Origin: Omnitrophica bacterium RIFCSPLOWO2_12_FULL_50_11
Lineage (GTDB): Bacteria; Omnitrophota; Omnitrophia; Omnitrophales; Danuiimicrobiaceae
Direction of reading: 5' to 3'
Assembly (NCBI GenBank): GCA_001804315.1
Contig: MHFT01000024.1
Location: 13,610 to 77,609, forward strand
DNA: 64,000 nucleotides
Part shown: piece by piece, positions 38,261 to 48,023 of the stretch
Numbering within the stretch: position 1 is the first letter of the stretch
Layout of the letters: each line of letters opens with the position of its first letter
Program-made: the position numbers and the translations under genes
The notes under the pieces: generated by a model
Seen by the model: only the letters and a program-made list of their open reading frames with translations
The model's database searches: none
Told to the model about the DNA's origin: nothing

Positions 38261-39097
38261 ATGACGGAAGTACTGACTAAGATTAGATTTGGGCACAGTC
38301 CGGATCCGGATGATGCGTTCATGTTTTATGCGATTGCGCGCGGGAAAATCGACCTTGCGGGATTTGAAATTGAGCACGTGGTCGAGGACATTGAATCGCT
38401 GAATCGTCGTGCGTTACGCGGGGAGCTCGAAGCAACTGCAGTTTCGGTTCATGCGTACGCGCACATTGCGGATGAGTACGCGATCATGCGCGCCGGTGCG
38501 AGTGTGGGCGAAAAATACGGGCCGGTTGTGGTTGCGAAAATGGGCGGGACGGAGAAGATTTGTGGAAAAACGATTGCGATTCCTGGAAGATTGACCACGG
38601 CGTATTTGGCTCTGAGGCTATTTGAGAAAAATTTTAACGAAGTTGTTGTCCCGTTTGACAAAATCATCGATTTCGTAGATGCAGGAAAAGCAGACGCCGG
38701 ACTTCTCATTCATGAAGGACAAGTCACGTACCAAAATCACGGGCTTAAAAAAATCATGGATCTGGGTGCGTGGTGGTGGGAGGAAACAAAGTTACCACTG
38801 CCGCTTGGCGTAGATGTGATTCGGAAGAATTTAGGCAGTGAGCCCATGAAGGCATTCGCGCGTGTCTTTAAAGAAAGCATTGAATACGCGCTCGCACACC
38901 GCGAGGCAGCGCTCGATTACGCGCTTCCGTACGGCCGGGGTCTGACGCGCGAAGCGGGCGATCGGTTTGTCGGCATGTACGTGAATGACTACACGCGTGA
39001 CCTTGGAACAGCGGGCGAGGAAGGCATCTGTCAATTGTTGGCACGCGGTTACGACGCGAGAATTTTGCCGAGGGCGATTACACCAGAATTTGTTTAG
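38261..39097 (+). CDS. mqnD: MqnD-family futalosine-pathway protein (1,4-dihydroxy-6-naphthoate synthase)
   Basis: GHSPDPDDAFMFYA, IPGRLTTA, LIHEGQVTY, LPLPLG and GMYVND. Confidence 0.88.
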   Translation: MTEVLTKIRFGHSPDPDDAFMFYAIARGKIDLAGFEIEHVVEDIESLNRRALRGELEATAVSVHAYAHIADEYAIMRAGASVGEKYGPVVVAKMGGTEKICGKTIAIPGRLTTAYLALRLFEKNFNEVVVPFDKIIDFVDAGKADAGLLIHEGQVTYQNHGLKKIMDLGAWWWEETKLPLPLGVDVIRKNLGSEPMKAFARVFKESIEYALAHREAALDYALPYGRGLTREAGDRFVGMYVNDYTRDLGTAGEEGICQLLARGYDARILPRAITPEFV

Positions 39098-39420
39098 TCC
39101 CTCAGTTTAATTTTGGTAGTTTCAGAGTACGTGTTTAGCGTTAGTCCCTTCCCCCCTTGTGGGGGAAGGTTTCCGCCAAAATACGGGGCGGATCCGCCAA
39201 GACTTATGGCGGAAGGATGGGGGGGTAATCAAACAAACACCCCCCCCACCTTCTCACTTGGGATACATCCTCCCCCATCCGCCACAAAACGCGGCGGGAT
39301 TCGTCCACAAAGCGTTTTGGGACGGATTCCGCCGACCCTTTGTGGCGAACAAGGGGGGGAGGAATAAATAAGGAAAGCAATTTGCAAAGCTTCACTTATA
39401 TCTCCCTCTGTAGTTCACAT

Positions 39421-39849
39421 TTAAATGTGAACTACAGGGGGAGGGCAGGAACTAGGGGACAACTCTCTTGGTAGCGCGGCCGCGGCAAGTTCGATCTCGA
39501 CACGAAATTCGTCGCGCCGTGAGGCCTCGATAAATTTGAGACCGGCTTCGTAGAGGCCGGTCTCAAGATTAAGCTTCCGCCAAACCACCTCCGCCAAAAT
39601 CCGGTTTGATGAAACCGCAAGGAGCTCGTCTTCCTTCACGTAATCGTCCATCGAGCTTAAGTCTACCTCGACGAGGGCGAACGTGCTCGGTTCGGGCGGC
39701 GACATGGCGGTAATTTTCATTCCGCCTTGACTTACATTCTTGGATTTGGCAATGTGGAGCGGCTTGTGCGGTGTTCGGTCAAGTCGTGTGAACCGAACCG
39801 GCAGGAGGCAAGACTCACGGGCGTGTCTGCGTCGTTCGGGGTTCATCAT
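39421..39849 (-). CDS. PilZ-domain protein
   Basis: ERRRHAR (RxxxR) and NVSQGG (D/NxSxxG). Confidence 0.8.
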   Translation of the reverse strand: MMNPERRRHARESCLLPVRFTRLDRTPHKPLHIAKSKNVSQGGMKITAMSPPEPSTFALVEVDLSSMDDYVKEDELLAVSSNRILAEVVWRKLNLETGLYEAGLKFIEASRRDEFRVEIELAAAALPRELSPSSCPPPVVHI

Positions 39850-39902
39850 TCATTTGATCGGCTGAGACCGCAGAAAGTTAACAAGCGAAGGAGGGTATTT
39901 TT

Positions 39903-40295
39903 ATGAGAGCGGTTCAGGCGTTTGTTTTATTGACCATTTTGATTTTCTTGTGCCCTCGGACGAGCTTTGCCCAACAGGAAGAAAAGGATATTGAATACGC
40001 GCATTGCGGCCTGTGTGAATTCGCAGAAGCAGATCACTGGCTGAGGAGTGCGCCGGGGAAAATCTTCCGAGGTCTTACGAATGTAACGTTAGGTTGGACG
40101 AATTTATTCAGTCGCCCTGCAAAAGCTGTCACTGAAGGCGACAACATTCTAATTGGTATCGCCGATGGAATTGGTCACACCCTTGCCCGGACGGCTCAAG
40201 GGGCGGTAGAAGTTGTTGTCTTCTGGTTTCCGCCGGTAGAGGATGAGCCGCTTCGCAACTGCGCCCTTGGCGATTTAGGCTGGACGGGTCGGTAG
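39903..40295 (+). CDS. Exported protein, TIGR04073 (exosortase-associated)-like
   Basis: Signal peptide; GKIFRGLTNVTLGW...G...RTAQGAVEVV. Confidence 0.6.
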   Translation: MRAVQAFVLLTILIFLCPRTSFAQQEEKDIEYAHCGLCEFAEADHWLRSAPGKIFRGLTNVTLGWTNLFSRPAKAVTEGDNILIGIADGIGHTLARTAQGAVEVVVFWFPPVEDEPLRNCALGDLGWTGR

Positions 40296-40407
40296 ATCGT
40301 TGGGCCATCAAGCGTGAAACATGCGCGGGTCAGCGTTTAAGTTCATCGAATGAAATATTTCCTAACCCTAAAGTGGTCAAATGGTTGCGTCAATTTAAAA
40401 AACCTTC

Positions 40408-40502
40408 TTGAAAACGAATGATTTTTGCCGTATTATTTGAGTGGAATCACGATAAGAGGCTAGCCAAAGGGTTTCGTCCCGCGGCAATGCCTCTCTTTTT
40501 TG
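40408..40502 (+). ncRNA. Candidate about 60-nt small RNA with its own promoter and terminator, convergent with the NYN gene
   Basis: TTGAAA-N17-TATTAT (40408-40436); then an AGAGGC...GCCTCT stem and a T-run; no ORF. Confidence 0.35.
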
Positions 40503-40503
40503 C

Positions 40504-41004
40504 CTATTTTCGTTCGTGAAATTCTAGCTTACCCCGTAGGTCGCTGAGGAATCCCATATCGGCCGCAAACCTTCTGAGCAACGCGGAATATTTATGTTTA
40601 TTCGGTATTAACAGCCGGCGTAACTTTCCTTGCTTTTTTAAGTATTCAACCAGACAGTGAAAATCTCCGTCGCCTGTCACAATAACGGCTTGATCGTAAT
40701 GGGGCTGCTCGATCATGGCGTGCAGGACGAGCTCTGCGTCAACGTTTCCTTTCACGCGTCCTTCCGATAAAGCAAGAGTAGGTTTGAAGATGACGACGTA
40801 GCCGTACTGTTGGAGCGAGGCGTACAAACTCTGCTGCTCGGCCACAAAACCAATGAATAAAAACGCCTTGACGACGCTGTATTTGTCCTCGAGGTATTTG
40901 CGAAACCGTTTAAAATCTAACTTCCACCCTTGTTCTCGGACTGACAAATTAAGATTCCGACTGTCTATAAACGCGTAATTTTTTTGATGTAGTTTCATCG
41001 TCAC
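40504..41004 (-). CDS. NYN-domain (PIN-like) putative ribonuclease
   Basis: YAFIDSRNL, KGNVDAELVL and VTGDGDF. Confidence 0.88.
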   Translation of the reverse strand: MTMKLHQKNYAFIDSRNLNLSVREQGWKLDFKRFRKYLEDKYSVVKAFLFIGFVAEQQSLYASLQQYGYVVIFKPTLALSEGRVKGNVDAELVLHAMIEQPHYDQAVIVTGDGDFHCLVEYLKKQGKLRRLLIPNKHKYSALLRRFAADMGFLSDLRGKLEFHERK

Positions 41005-41083
41005 AAGAGATAATTCAATGGATGCAAGCTGCCGATTGCCTTGTGCTTAGCGGTAAGCACCGCCTCGTTGCCTTTCTTGTTTC

Positions 41084-42214
41084 TTAGATCTCGAGCACTT
41101 TGGGAAACCGACTCAGGTTTTTACAGCCATTTTTGGTCACGAGGACCATATCCTCGAGACGGACACCGCCCGCATCTAAGTAGTAAAGACCGGGTTCGAC
41201 CGTCACGACTTGACCGGCGCGCAGGATGTGGCAGACACTTGAGATTCGGGGTGGCTCGTGAATGTCAAGGCCGACGCCGTGGCCGGTTCCGTGGAAAAAA
41301 CCCTGCATGCGGCCGTCGATTTGGCCTGTCGGAAAGCCAAGCTTTTCGAATTGGTGCAAAATAGCATCGTGAATCTTTTTTCCATCTGCGCCATCTCGAA
41401 TCTGCCTGAATGCGATTTCTTGCCCTTCTTTGACCGCGCGGTACATCTTTTTTAATTTCTCTCCCGCTTTCCCGCGCACCACCGTTCGCGTCATGTCTGC
41501 GAAATAGCGGGAGGCGGTGGCGCGGGGGAACACGTCCATGACGATCGACTCGTGTGCGGGCAAAGGACCGGAACCTTGGTGATGCGGATCGACGCACTGC
41601 CTGCCTGAAGAGACGATCGTGTGTGCTGCGATGCAGCCCGATTCCATCAAGGAAACGTTTATGATTTGCTTAAGCGTTTCTGCCGTGAGGCGCTTTCCTT
41701 TGTACATTAAGTAACGGCCTTTGATCCTTGCTTTTGTCAAAACGTGTACCGCTTCACGAACCGCACGTTCTGTGTGCCGAAGGGTTTGGGTAATGGCGGC
41801 GACTTCTTTTTTGTTTTTGATCGTGCGCTCGCTGTAAAAAGGATCTGGCTTGAAACGAATTTTGTAACCTTTCTTGCGTAGGGCATCCGCGTGTTCGATG
41901 GGGAAATCGGAGGGAACGAGAACACATTTCACACGCCGCTCTCGAAAGAGTGCATGAACCATTTCTGCCGCGGTGATGGGTGTGACGCCGGCACGTTTTA
42001 ATTTCGCCGTGATTTTGCCCGTGGGGATGACTTCGTCCGCCTCGGCTTCCCGACGGGCGCGATCCAGCTCGAGTTCGCTCATGAGGACAATTTTCCGGCC
42101 TCTGATTTCGGCAAAAATAAAGGGGTCGGGGGCGAGAAAGCCTGTGGCGTAATAGAGGTTGGAGTCCCGCTCGCTCGCAGCGATGATGAGCGTTGCTTCC
42201 TCGTTTCGCACCAT
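41084..42214 (-). CDS. Xaa-Pro aminopeptidase (M24B)
   Basis: DVFP...ADMTRT, HGTGHGVGLDIHE, TVEPGLY and GVRLED. Confidence 0.92.
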   Translation of the reverse strand: MVRNEEATLIIAASERDSNLYYATGFLAPDPFIFAEIRGRKIVLMSELELDRARREAEADEVIPTGKITAKLKRAGVTPITAAEMVHALFRERRVKCVLVPSDFPIEHADALRKKGYKIRFKPDPFYSERTIKNKKEVAAITQTLRHTERAVREAVHVLTKARIKGRYLMYKGKRLTAETLKQIINVSLMESGCIAAHTIVSSGRQCVDPHHQGSGPLPAHESIVMDVFPRATASRYFADMTRTVVRGKAGEKLKKMYRAVKEGQEIAFRQIRDGADGKKIHDAILHQFEKLGFPTGQIDGRMQGFFHGTGHGVGLDIHEPPRISSVCHILRAGQVVTVEPGLYYLDAGGVRLEDMVLVTKNGCKNLSRFPKVLEI

Positions 42215-42315
42215 CTCTTTTATCTCTGATATACCTTGCGGCATTTCGGGTTCCCTTAAGGTATCCAAAATGGTATCATACCGGTTCTTCTTCGCAAAGT
42301 TCAAAGGAATTGTTC

Positions 42316-43014
42316 GTGGCTGAGACCAAGTGGATTCCCATGACCGTGACCGAAGTCCATCAGGAGACTGAACAGATGGTGAGCCTCCGAATGCAGCCTT
42401 CGGTCGATCACGTTCAGTTCGACTTCAGAACCGGTCAGTATGTGAAAATCTTGTGTCCAGGCGGGCGAGAGGCGTATTTTGCCATTGCAAGCAACCCCGA
42501 GGAGAAAAAATTTATCGAGTTTTTGGTTAAAGACGTAGAAGGATCCCCTGCACACGATTTGAGTCAGGTCAAGCCGGACGATGAACTTCGGGTCAGTACC
42601 CCTATGGGAAAGGGATTCCCCCTAGAGCGTCTCAAAGGGAAAAATGTATTGCTCGTAGGGATGGGAAGCGGGCTTTCGCCGCTTCGGTCGGTAATGAAAT
42701 CGATTCACCGTCGGAAACAAGATTTTGGCAAGGTCGTGCTCGTTTACGGTGTCCGGCGTCCGGAAGACGTTCCGTTTATTGACGATTTCAATCTTTGGGG
42801 CATGAAGATTCGCGTCGAAATTGCGGCAAGCCAGCCCGGAAAATCCTACTGGAGCGGTTTTGAAGGCCGCGTCACAGAACTTTTGCCGAAACTTGCTCTT
42901 TCTTACGAAAAGATGGTGGCGTGCGTGTGCGGAAGCAAGGAAATGGAAGAAGAAGTGGCAAAATTTCTCGAAAGCGTAGGCATGCCGAAGGAAAATATTT
43001 TATTTAATTATTAA
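42316..43014 (+). CDS. Ferredoxin-NADP reductase-family FAD/NAD(P)-binding oxidoreductase
   Basis: GQYV, PMGKGF, GMGSGLSPLRS, YGVR and VCGS. Confidence 0.85.
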   Translation: MAETKWIPMTVTEVHQETEQMVSLRMQPSVDHVQFDFRTGQYVKILCPGGREAYFAIASNPEEKKFIEFLVKDVEGSPAHDLSQVKPDDELRVSTPMGKGFPLERLKGKNVLLVGMGSGLSPLRSVMKSIHRRKQDFGKVVLVYGVRRPEDVPFIDDFNLWGMKIRVEIAASQPGKSYWSGFEGRVTELLPKLALSYEKMVACVCGSKEMEEEVAKFLESVGMPKENILFNY

Positions 43015-43133
43015 TAAAAGCTACGTCATCCTGAGTCCCGCCTTTGGCGGGACGAAGGATCTAGGTCGGGATTCTTCGGGCTTCGCCCTCAGAATGACGG
43101 TGTTGTGAGTGGCACTCAGAACGGAGGTACCTC

Positions 43134-43448
43134 ATGGGCAAGTTTGTTAAAGTAGCAGCGAGATCAGAGATTGCTCCCGGCACCGCGAAAAAAGTCGAAG
43201 TGAACGGCAAGGAAGTCGCCGTGTTTCATATCGACGGGCGCTTCTACGCGATTGGCGAAACGTGTCCGCATCGCGGTGGGCCTTTGTCGGAGGGAACCGT
43301 TGAAGAGAAGGTGGTGACGTGTCCGTGGCATGGTTGGCAGTTTGATGTGACCGACGGCGTCTCGCCGGTGAATCCAGCTGCGAAGGTTGACTGTTACCCG
43401 GTCAAGTTAGAAGGGGATGACGTTACGGTGTCAGACACCAGTGTCTGA
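43134..43448 (+). CDS. Rieske 2Fe-2S ferredoxin
   Basis: CPHRGGPL...CPWHGWQFD. Confidence 0.92.
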   Translation: MGKFVKVAARSEIAPGTAKKVEVNGKEVAVFHIDGRFYAIGETCPHRGGPLSEGTVEEKVVTCPWHGWQFDVTDGVSPVNPAAKVDCYPVKLEGDDVTVSDTSV

Positions 43449-43469
43449 CACCAGTGTCTGACACCCTCT

Positions 43470-44288
43470 ATGGAAATAACCGAACTGCGTCATCGTGCGA
43501 ACGAGATTCGAAAAGATGTGATCCGCATGCTCGCTGAAGCCGGTTCCGGTCATCCGGGCGGGTCGCTTTCTGCCACAGACATTCTTACAGCGCTGTATTT
43601 CAAGGTGTTAATCCACGACCCGAAAAAACCTAGGGATCCCGATCGAGACCGAGTCGTTCTCAGCAAAGGGCATGGCGTTCCTGCCCTGTATGCAGCGCTT
43701 GCCCATGCCGGATATTTTCCACGGGAGCAACTGATGACACTCAGGAAGTTGGACAGCCCCTTGCAGGGTCATCCGGACATGCGCAGACTCCCGGGGCTGG
43801 ATGCGTCAACAGGTTCTCTAGGGCAGGGCCTTTCTATTGCTACGGGTATGGCTCTTGCGAGAAGGCTCGATCGAAAGGCCTATTGGACGTACGTGATCTT
43901 AAGTGACGGTGAGACGAATGAGGGGCAAACGTGGGAAGCCGCTAGTTTTGCAGGGCACCACAAGCTCGGCCATTTGATTGCAATTTTAGATTACAACAAG
44001 TTTCAACTGGATGATGCAGTGAAAAAGATTATTGACATGGAACCGGTCGTTGACAAATGGAGAGCCTTTCGATGGGAAGTGTTTGAGATTGACGGTCACA
44101 ATATGGAAACCATTGTCCGGACGCTCCAGCGCGCAAAACAGGTTCGTGAAAAACCGGTGATGATCATCGCCCACACGATTAAAGGCAAGGGCGTCTCCTT
44201 CATGGAGAACAACAACCATTACCACGGCGTCGCGCCCACAAAGGAGGAAGCCGAGCGCGCATTGAAGGAATTGGAGGCAAAATCGTAG
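43470..44288 (+). CDS. Transketolase, N-terminal subunit
   Basis: SGHPGGSLS, SKGH, LQGHP, TGSLGQG and SDGETNEG. Confidence 0.93.
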   Translation: MEITELRHRANEIRKDVIRMLAEAGSGHPGGSLSATDILTALYFKVLIHDPKKPRDPDRDRVVLSKGHGVPALYAALAHAGYFPREQLMTLRKLDSPLQGHPDMRRLPGLDASTGSLGQGLSIATGMALARRLDRKAYWTYVILSDGETNEGQTWEAASFAGHHKLGHLIAILDYNKFQLDDAVKKIIDMEPVVDKWRAFRWEVFEIDGHNMETIVRTLQRAKQVREKPVMIIAHTIKGKGVSFMENNNHYHGVAPTKEEAERALKELEAKS

Positions 44289-44299
44289 GGGAATGTCAA

Positions 44300-45250
44300 A
44301 TGCATCTTGAAAAAAGATTAGGCGCCGCGACGCGCGACGCTTACGGAAAAGCGCTCGCGGAACTCGGGAAAGAAAATCCAAACATCGTGGTTTTGGACGG
44401 CGATCTTGCCAAGTCGACGAAAACGGACCTCTTCCGCCAATCGTTTCCGGAGCGCTTTTTTAATGTCGGAATTGCGGAAGCAAACATGGTGGGTATTGCT
44501 TCTGGACTTGCTGCGAGCGGAAAACTGCCATTCATTTCAAGCTTTGCTTGTTTCATGATGTGCAAAGGTTACGACCAGCTCCGCATGTCGGTGGCTTTCC
44601 CTATTTTAAATGTGAAGGTCGTCGTTTCGCACGGCGGGATCAGCGTCGGTGAGGACGGGACGAGTCAACAATCGATCGAGGATTTGGCGCTTGCGACTTC
44701 GCTGCCAAACTTTACGGTGATCGTTCCGGCAGACGAAGTGTCAACAAAAGTTTTGGTGAGAAAAATGGCGGCGCGCGAAGGACCTATGTTCATGAGAACC
44801 TGCCGTCCTAAGACGCCACTGATTTACAAGGAGGGCACGGATTTTGAAATCGGCAAGGGTGTCGTGTTGCGTCGCGGCGAAGATGTGTCCATCTTTGCGA
44901 TTGGACTTCTCGTTTTTGAGGCGCTCGTGGCAGCTGAGGAATTGGCTGACAAAGGCATCCAGGCTGCGGTGATTGATCTTCACACCGTGAAACCGCTGGA
45001 TCGAGACTTGATTCAAGAACAGGCAGCCGAAACCGGTGCCATTGTTTGTTGTGAAGAGCACCAAATTTTCGGTGGGCTCGGAAGTGCAGTGAGCCGGGTG
45101 GTTGGAGAAGTCCATCCCGTACCTATGGAGTTTATTGCCATTCACGACACTTACGCTGAATCTGGCGCACCAGACCAATTACTTGACCGATACGGTTTAT
45201 CCGCGCGGCATATCGTGAGCGCCGCAGAGCGCGCCGTGAAACGGAAATGA
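44300..45250 (+). CDS. Transketolase, C-terminal subunit
   Basis: ATRDAYG, GIAEANM, GEDGTSQQ and EEHQIFGGLG. Confidence 0.93.
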   Translation: MHLEKRLGAATRDAYGKALAELGKENPNIVVLDGDLAKSTKTDLFRQSFPERFFNVGIAEANMVGIASGLAASGKLPFISSFACFMMCKGYDQLRMSVAFPILNVKVVVSHGGISVGEDGTSQQSIEDLALATSLPNFTVIVPADEVSTKVLVRKMAAREGPMFMRTCRPKTPLIYKEGTDFEIGKGVVLRRGEDVSIFAIGLLVFEALVAAEELADKGIQAAVIDLHTVKPLDRDLIQEQAAETGAIVCCEEHQIFGGLGSAVSRVVGEVHPVPMEFIAIHDTYAESGAPDQLLDRYGLSARHIVSAAERAVKRK

Positions 45251-45251
45251 G

Positions 45252-45791
45252 CTAGCGGGTTCGTCCGTAAAATGTTGCTTCAATTTTTGGACTTTCCTCC
45301 TGCAAGGTTTTCTTCCACTTTTCCTTGAAGCCTTTCGGAATTTCTGGGTAATATACGTCTCCTTCATACGCACGTGCGATTTTGGTAAGGTAGATTCCGT
45401 CTACTTGGCCCATCGTTTGCCGGAATAAATCTGCCCCGCCGATCACGAATGCTGTTTCTGTGGCGACGTGCTTGAGTGCTTCTTCGAGCGAGCAGAAGTA
45501 CTTCACGTTTGGGATCGTTTCCTGTTGCGCCCGGCTTAAGACAAAATTTTCCCGCCCGGGAAGCGGTTTTTTCCCTATGCTTTCAAAAGTTCTTCGTCCC
45601 ATGATGATGGTGCTGCCCATGGTCGTCTCTTTGAAATGCTTAAGGTCAACGGAAAAGTGCCAGGGGAGTTGGCCATTCTTTCCGATCATGCGATTCTCGG
45701 CACAGGCAACAATGTGGTAGAGTTTCACACCCCCCGCCTTGATCCTCCCCCCTTTTAGGGGGGAGGAAATAGGAGGGGGGTCATGTTTCAT
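45252..45791 (-). CDS. folA: Dihydrofolate reductase
   Basis: IGKNGQLPW, DLKHFK, IMGRRTFESI, PLPGR and VIGG; 63-bp palindrome at the 5' end. Confidence 0.92.
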   Translation of the reverse strand: MKHDPPPISSPLKGGRIKAGGVKLYHIVACAENRMIGKNGQLPWHFSVDLKHFKETTMGSTIIMGRRTFESIGKKPLPGRENFVLSRAQQETIPNVKYFCSLEEALKHVATETAFVIGGADLFRQTMGQVDGIYLTKIARAYEGDVYYPEIPKGFKEKWKKTLQEESPKIEATFYGRTR

Positions 45792-45800
45792 GGATATTGC

Positions 45801-46595
45801 TTAAACGGCAATGGGAGCTTTGATCGGTGGGTATGGATCGTAGTTTTCAATCTTAAAATCTTCGTATTTAAAGTCAAAGATATTCTTGACTTTCGGATTG
45901 ACACTCATTGTGGGCAGGGGTCGGATCTCGCGTCCCAGCTGTAACTTCACTTGCTCTAAGTGGTTCGTGTAGATATGAACGTCACCAAAGGTGTGGATGA
46001 GTTCAGCAGGTTCGAGACCGGTTACTTGTGCAATCATCATCGTAAGCAGTGCGTAGGACGCGATGTTAAACGGGACGCCCAAAAACACGTCCGCGCTCCG
46101 CTGGTACAGCTGGCATGAAAGCTTTCCGTTGTGGACATAAAATTGGAAGAGACAGTGACAGGGCGGAAGTGCCATTTCATCTAGGTCTCCCACGTTCCAG
46201 GCGCTCACGATCAAGCGGCGGCTGTTTGGATTTGACTTGACCGCTTCAATGACATCTGCGATCTGGTCGACCGTCCCGCCGTCAGGTTTTCTCCACGATC
46301 GCCATTGCTTGGAATAGATTGGACCCAGTTCTCCACGCTCGTCTGCCCACCCATCCCAAATCGTAACGCCATGTTCATTTAAGTACTTGACGTTTGTGTC
46401 GCCGCTCAGAAACCAGAGAAGTTCATAGAGGACAGATTTCAGGTGAATTTTCTTGGTGGTAAGGAGTGGAAAGCCTTCCGTTAGGTTTAGGCGCATTTGG
46501 TAGCCGAATGAACTGATGGTTCCAACTCCGGTCCTGTCTTTTTTTTTAACACCGGCGCAAAGTATGTGTTTTAAGAGATCGTGGTATTGTCTCAT
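45801..46595 (-). CDS. thyA: Thymidylate synthase
   Basis: [21 protein letters not shown] and [14 protein letters not shown]. Confidence 0.97.
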   Translation of the reverse strand: MRQYHDLLKHILCAGVKKKDRTGVGTISSFGYQMRLNLTEGFPLLTTKKIHLKSVLYELLWFLSGDTNVKYLNEHGVTIWDGWADERGELGPIYSKQWRSWRKPDGGTVDQIADVIEAVKSNPNSRRLIVSAWNVGDLDEMALPPCHCLFQFYVHNGKLSCQLYQRSADVFLGVPFNIASYALLTMMIAQVTGLEPAELIHTFGDVHIYTNHLEQVKLQLGREIRPLPTMSVNPKVKNIFDFKYEDFKIENYDPYPPIKAPIAV

Positions 46596-46721
46596 GGGAG
46601 GCCATTGTACCAAAACCAGCTCGTGAATGCGATCCCCCACCACTTTAAGGAATATCGCCGGGAACAAACCTTAAAGTGGTGGGGGATTGACGCCGATTTC
46701 GACGGCAGGTATTATCCTTTC

Positions 46722-47369
46722 ATGGCGCGATCAGTACTTTATCTCAGGCAGATGGAACTCGGCCCCATGCAGAACTTTGTTTATCTCGTAGGGGATCGGG
46801 AGAAGAAGGAAGCTCTTCTCGTAGATCCGGCGTGGGATGTCAAAGCAGCCTTGGATCAAGCGGCGAAAGATGGTTTTTTAGTGAAAGGGGCGTTGATCAC
46901 GCATACGCATTTCGATCATGTCAATGGTTTGGAAGATTTGCTTCGTGCGACGGACGGTATCGTTTACGTCCACAAAGAGGAAGCGGAATTTTTGAGAGGC
47001 ATGAAGAAAAACATCAAGAGAATAGAAGGGGGAGAAAAAATTCAGGTTGGGTCCGTCGAAGTTACGTTTCTTCACACGCCCGGCCACACGCGCGGATCTC
47101 AATGTTTTTTGGTGAATGAGAAGAATTTGATTTCTGGAGATACCTTGTTTATTAACGCGTGTGGGCGTTGTGATCTTCCAGGCGGAGACGCGGAGGAAAT
47201 GTACCGGAGCTTGAACCGATTGGCGAGTTTGGATGAATCCACCGTGTTGTATCCCGGCCACAATTACGCGGACGATGCCACCTCCACCGTTGGAGATGAA
47301 AAGAAGTTTAATCCGTATCTGAAGATATCTAATTTGAACGATTTCTTGAAGTTTCGGATGGGGCAGTGA
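46722..47369 (+). CDS. Metallo-beta-lactamase-fold hydrolase (glyoxalase II-like)
   Basis: THTHFDH, HTPGHT, SGDTLF and PGHNY; TTGACG-N17-TATTAT promoter ends 6 nt before the ATG. Confidence 0.9.
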   Translation: MARSVLYLRQMELGPMQNFVYLVGDREKKEALLVDPAWDVKAALDQAAKDGFLVKGALITHTHFDHVNGLEDLLRATDGIVYVHKEEAEFLRGMKKNIKRIEGGEKIQVGSVEVTFLHTPGHTRGSQCFLVNEKNLISGDTLFINACGRCDLPGGDAEEMYRSLNRLASLDESTVLYPGHNYADDATSTVGDEKKFNPYLKISNLNDFLKFRMGQ

Positions 47370-47376
47370 GGAAGAC

Positions 47377-47862
47377 ATGACCGAAGGAGAAGCCAAAAAA
47401 ATAGCGCAGGAGCACTTTAAAAAGGCGTATGAGCTTCAAATGAGCGGTGAACTCCAGGACGCGATCGAAGAATATAAGAGGTCGATTGAAATTTTTCCTA
47501 CCGCTGAGGCCTATACCTTTTTAGGGTGGACGTACAGTTTTGAGGGGAGATACGATGACGCCATTCGCGAGTGCGAGGAGGCAATCAAGGTGGATCCGGA
47601 TTTCGGAAATCCGTACAATGACATAGGTGCTTACCTCATTGAAAAAGGGCGCCTTGACGAGGCCGTCGATTGGCTCAAGAAAGCTACGGTCGCGAAACGC
47701 TACGACAGTTATTGTTACCCCCATTACAATCTAGGCCGCGTTTATGAATACAGAGGCAACTGGCGCGAAGCAATGAAGTGTTATCAAGATTCAGTCGAGG
47801 CCAATCCAAAATACACATTAGCGCTCAAAGCCGTCAATCGCTTGAAAGCACTGTTTAATTGA
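47377..47862 (+). CDS. TPR protein
   Basis: AEAYTFLGW, NPYNDIGAYL and PHYNLGRVY. Confidence 0.85.
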   Translation: MTEGEAKKIAQEHFKKAYELQMSGELQDAIEEYKRSIEIFPTAEAYTFLGWTYSFEGRYDDAIRECEEAIKVDPDFGNPYNDIGAYLIEKGRLDEAVDWLKKATVAKRYDSYCYPHYNLGRVYEYRGNWREAMKCYQDSVEANPKYTLALKAVNRLKALFN

Positions 47863-48023
47863 ACCATCGCAGAGTTGTTTAATCTAGGCTTTAACAACTC
47901 TGCGATGGTTCATCCTGAAGGAGGCCGTAGGCCGACTGAAGGATCCAGGTTGGGATTCTTCGCCCCGCACCTTCTCAGACACTGCTGAACCAAAACGTGC
48001 GGGGCTCAGAATGACGTGACTAA

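Noticed and set aside
39113-39395. Three short overlapping ORFs
   Set aside because: They are translations of a family C palindromic repeat
40445-40500. Hammerhead ribozyme suggested by GGACGAAAC on the minus strand
   Set aside because: No CUGANGA core found at a suitable position
43428-43466. 13-bp tandem repeat GTGTCTGACACCA at the end of the Rieske gene
   Set aside because: Short palindromic repeat without spacers; not CRISPR and of no evident function
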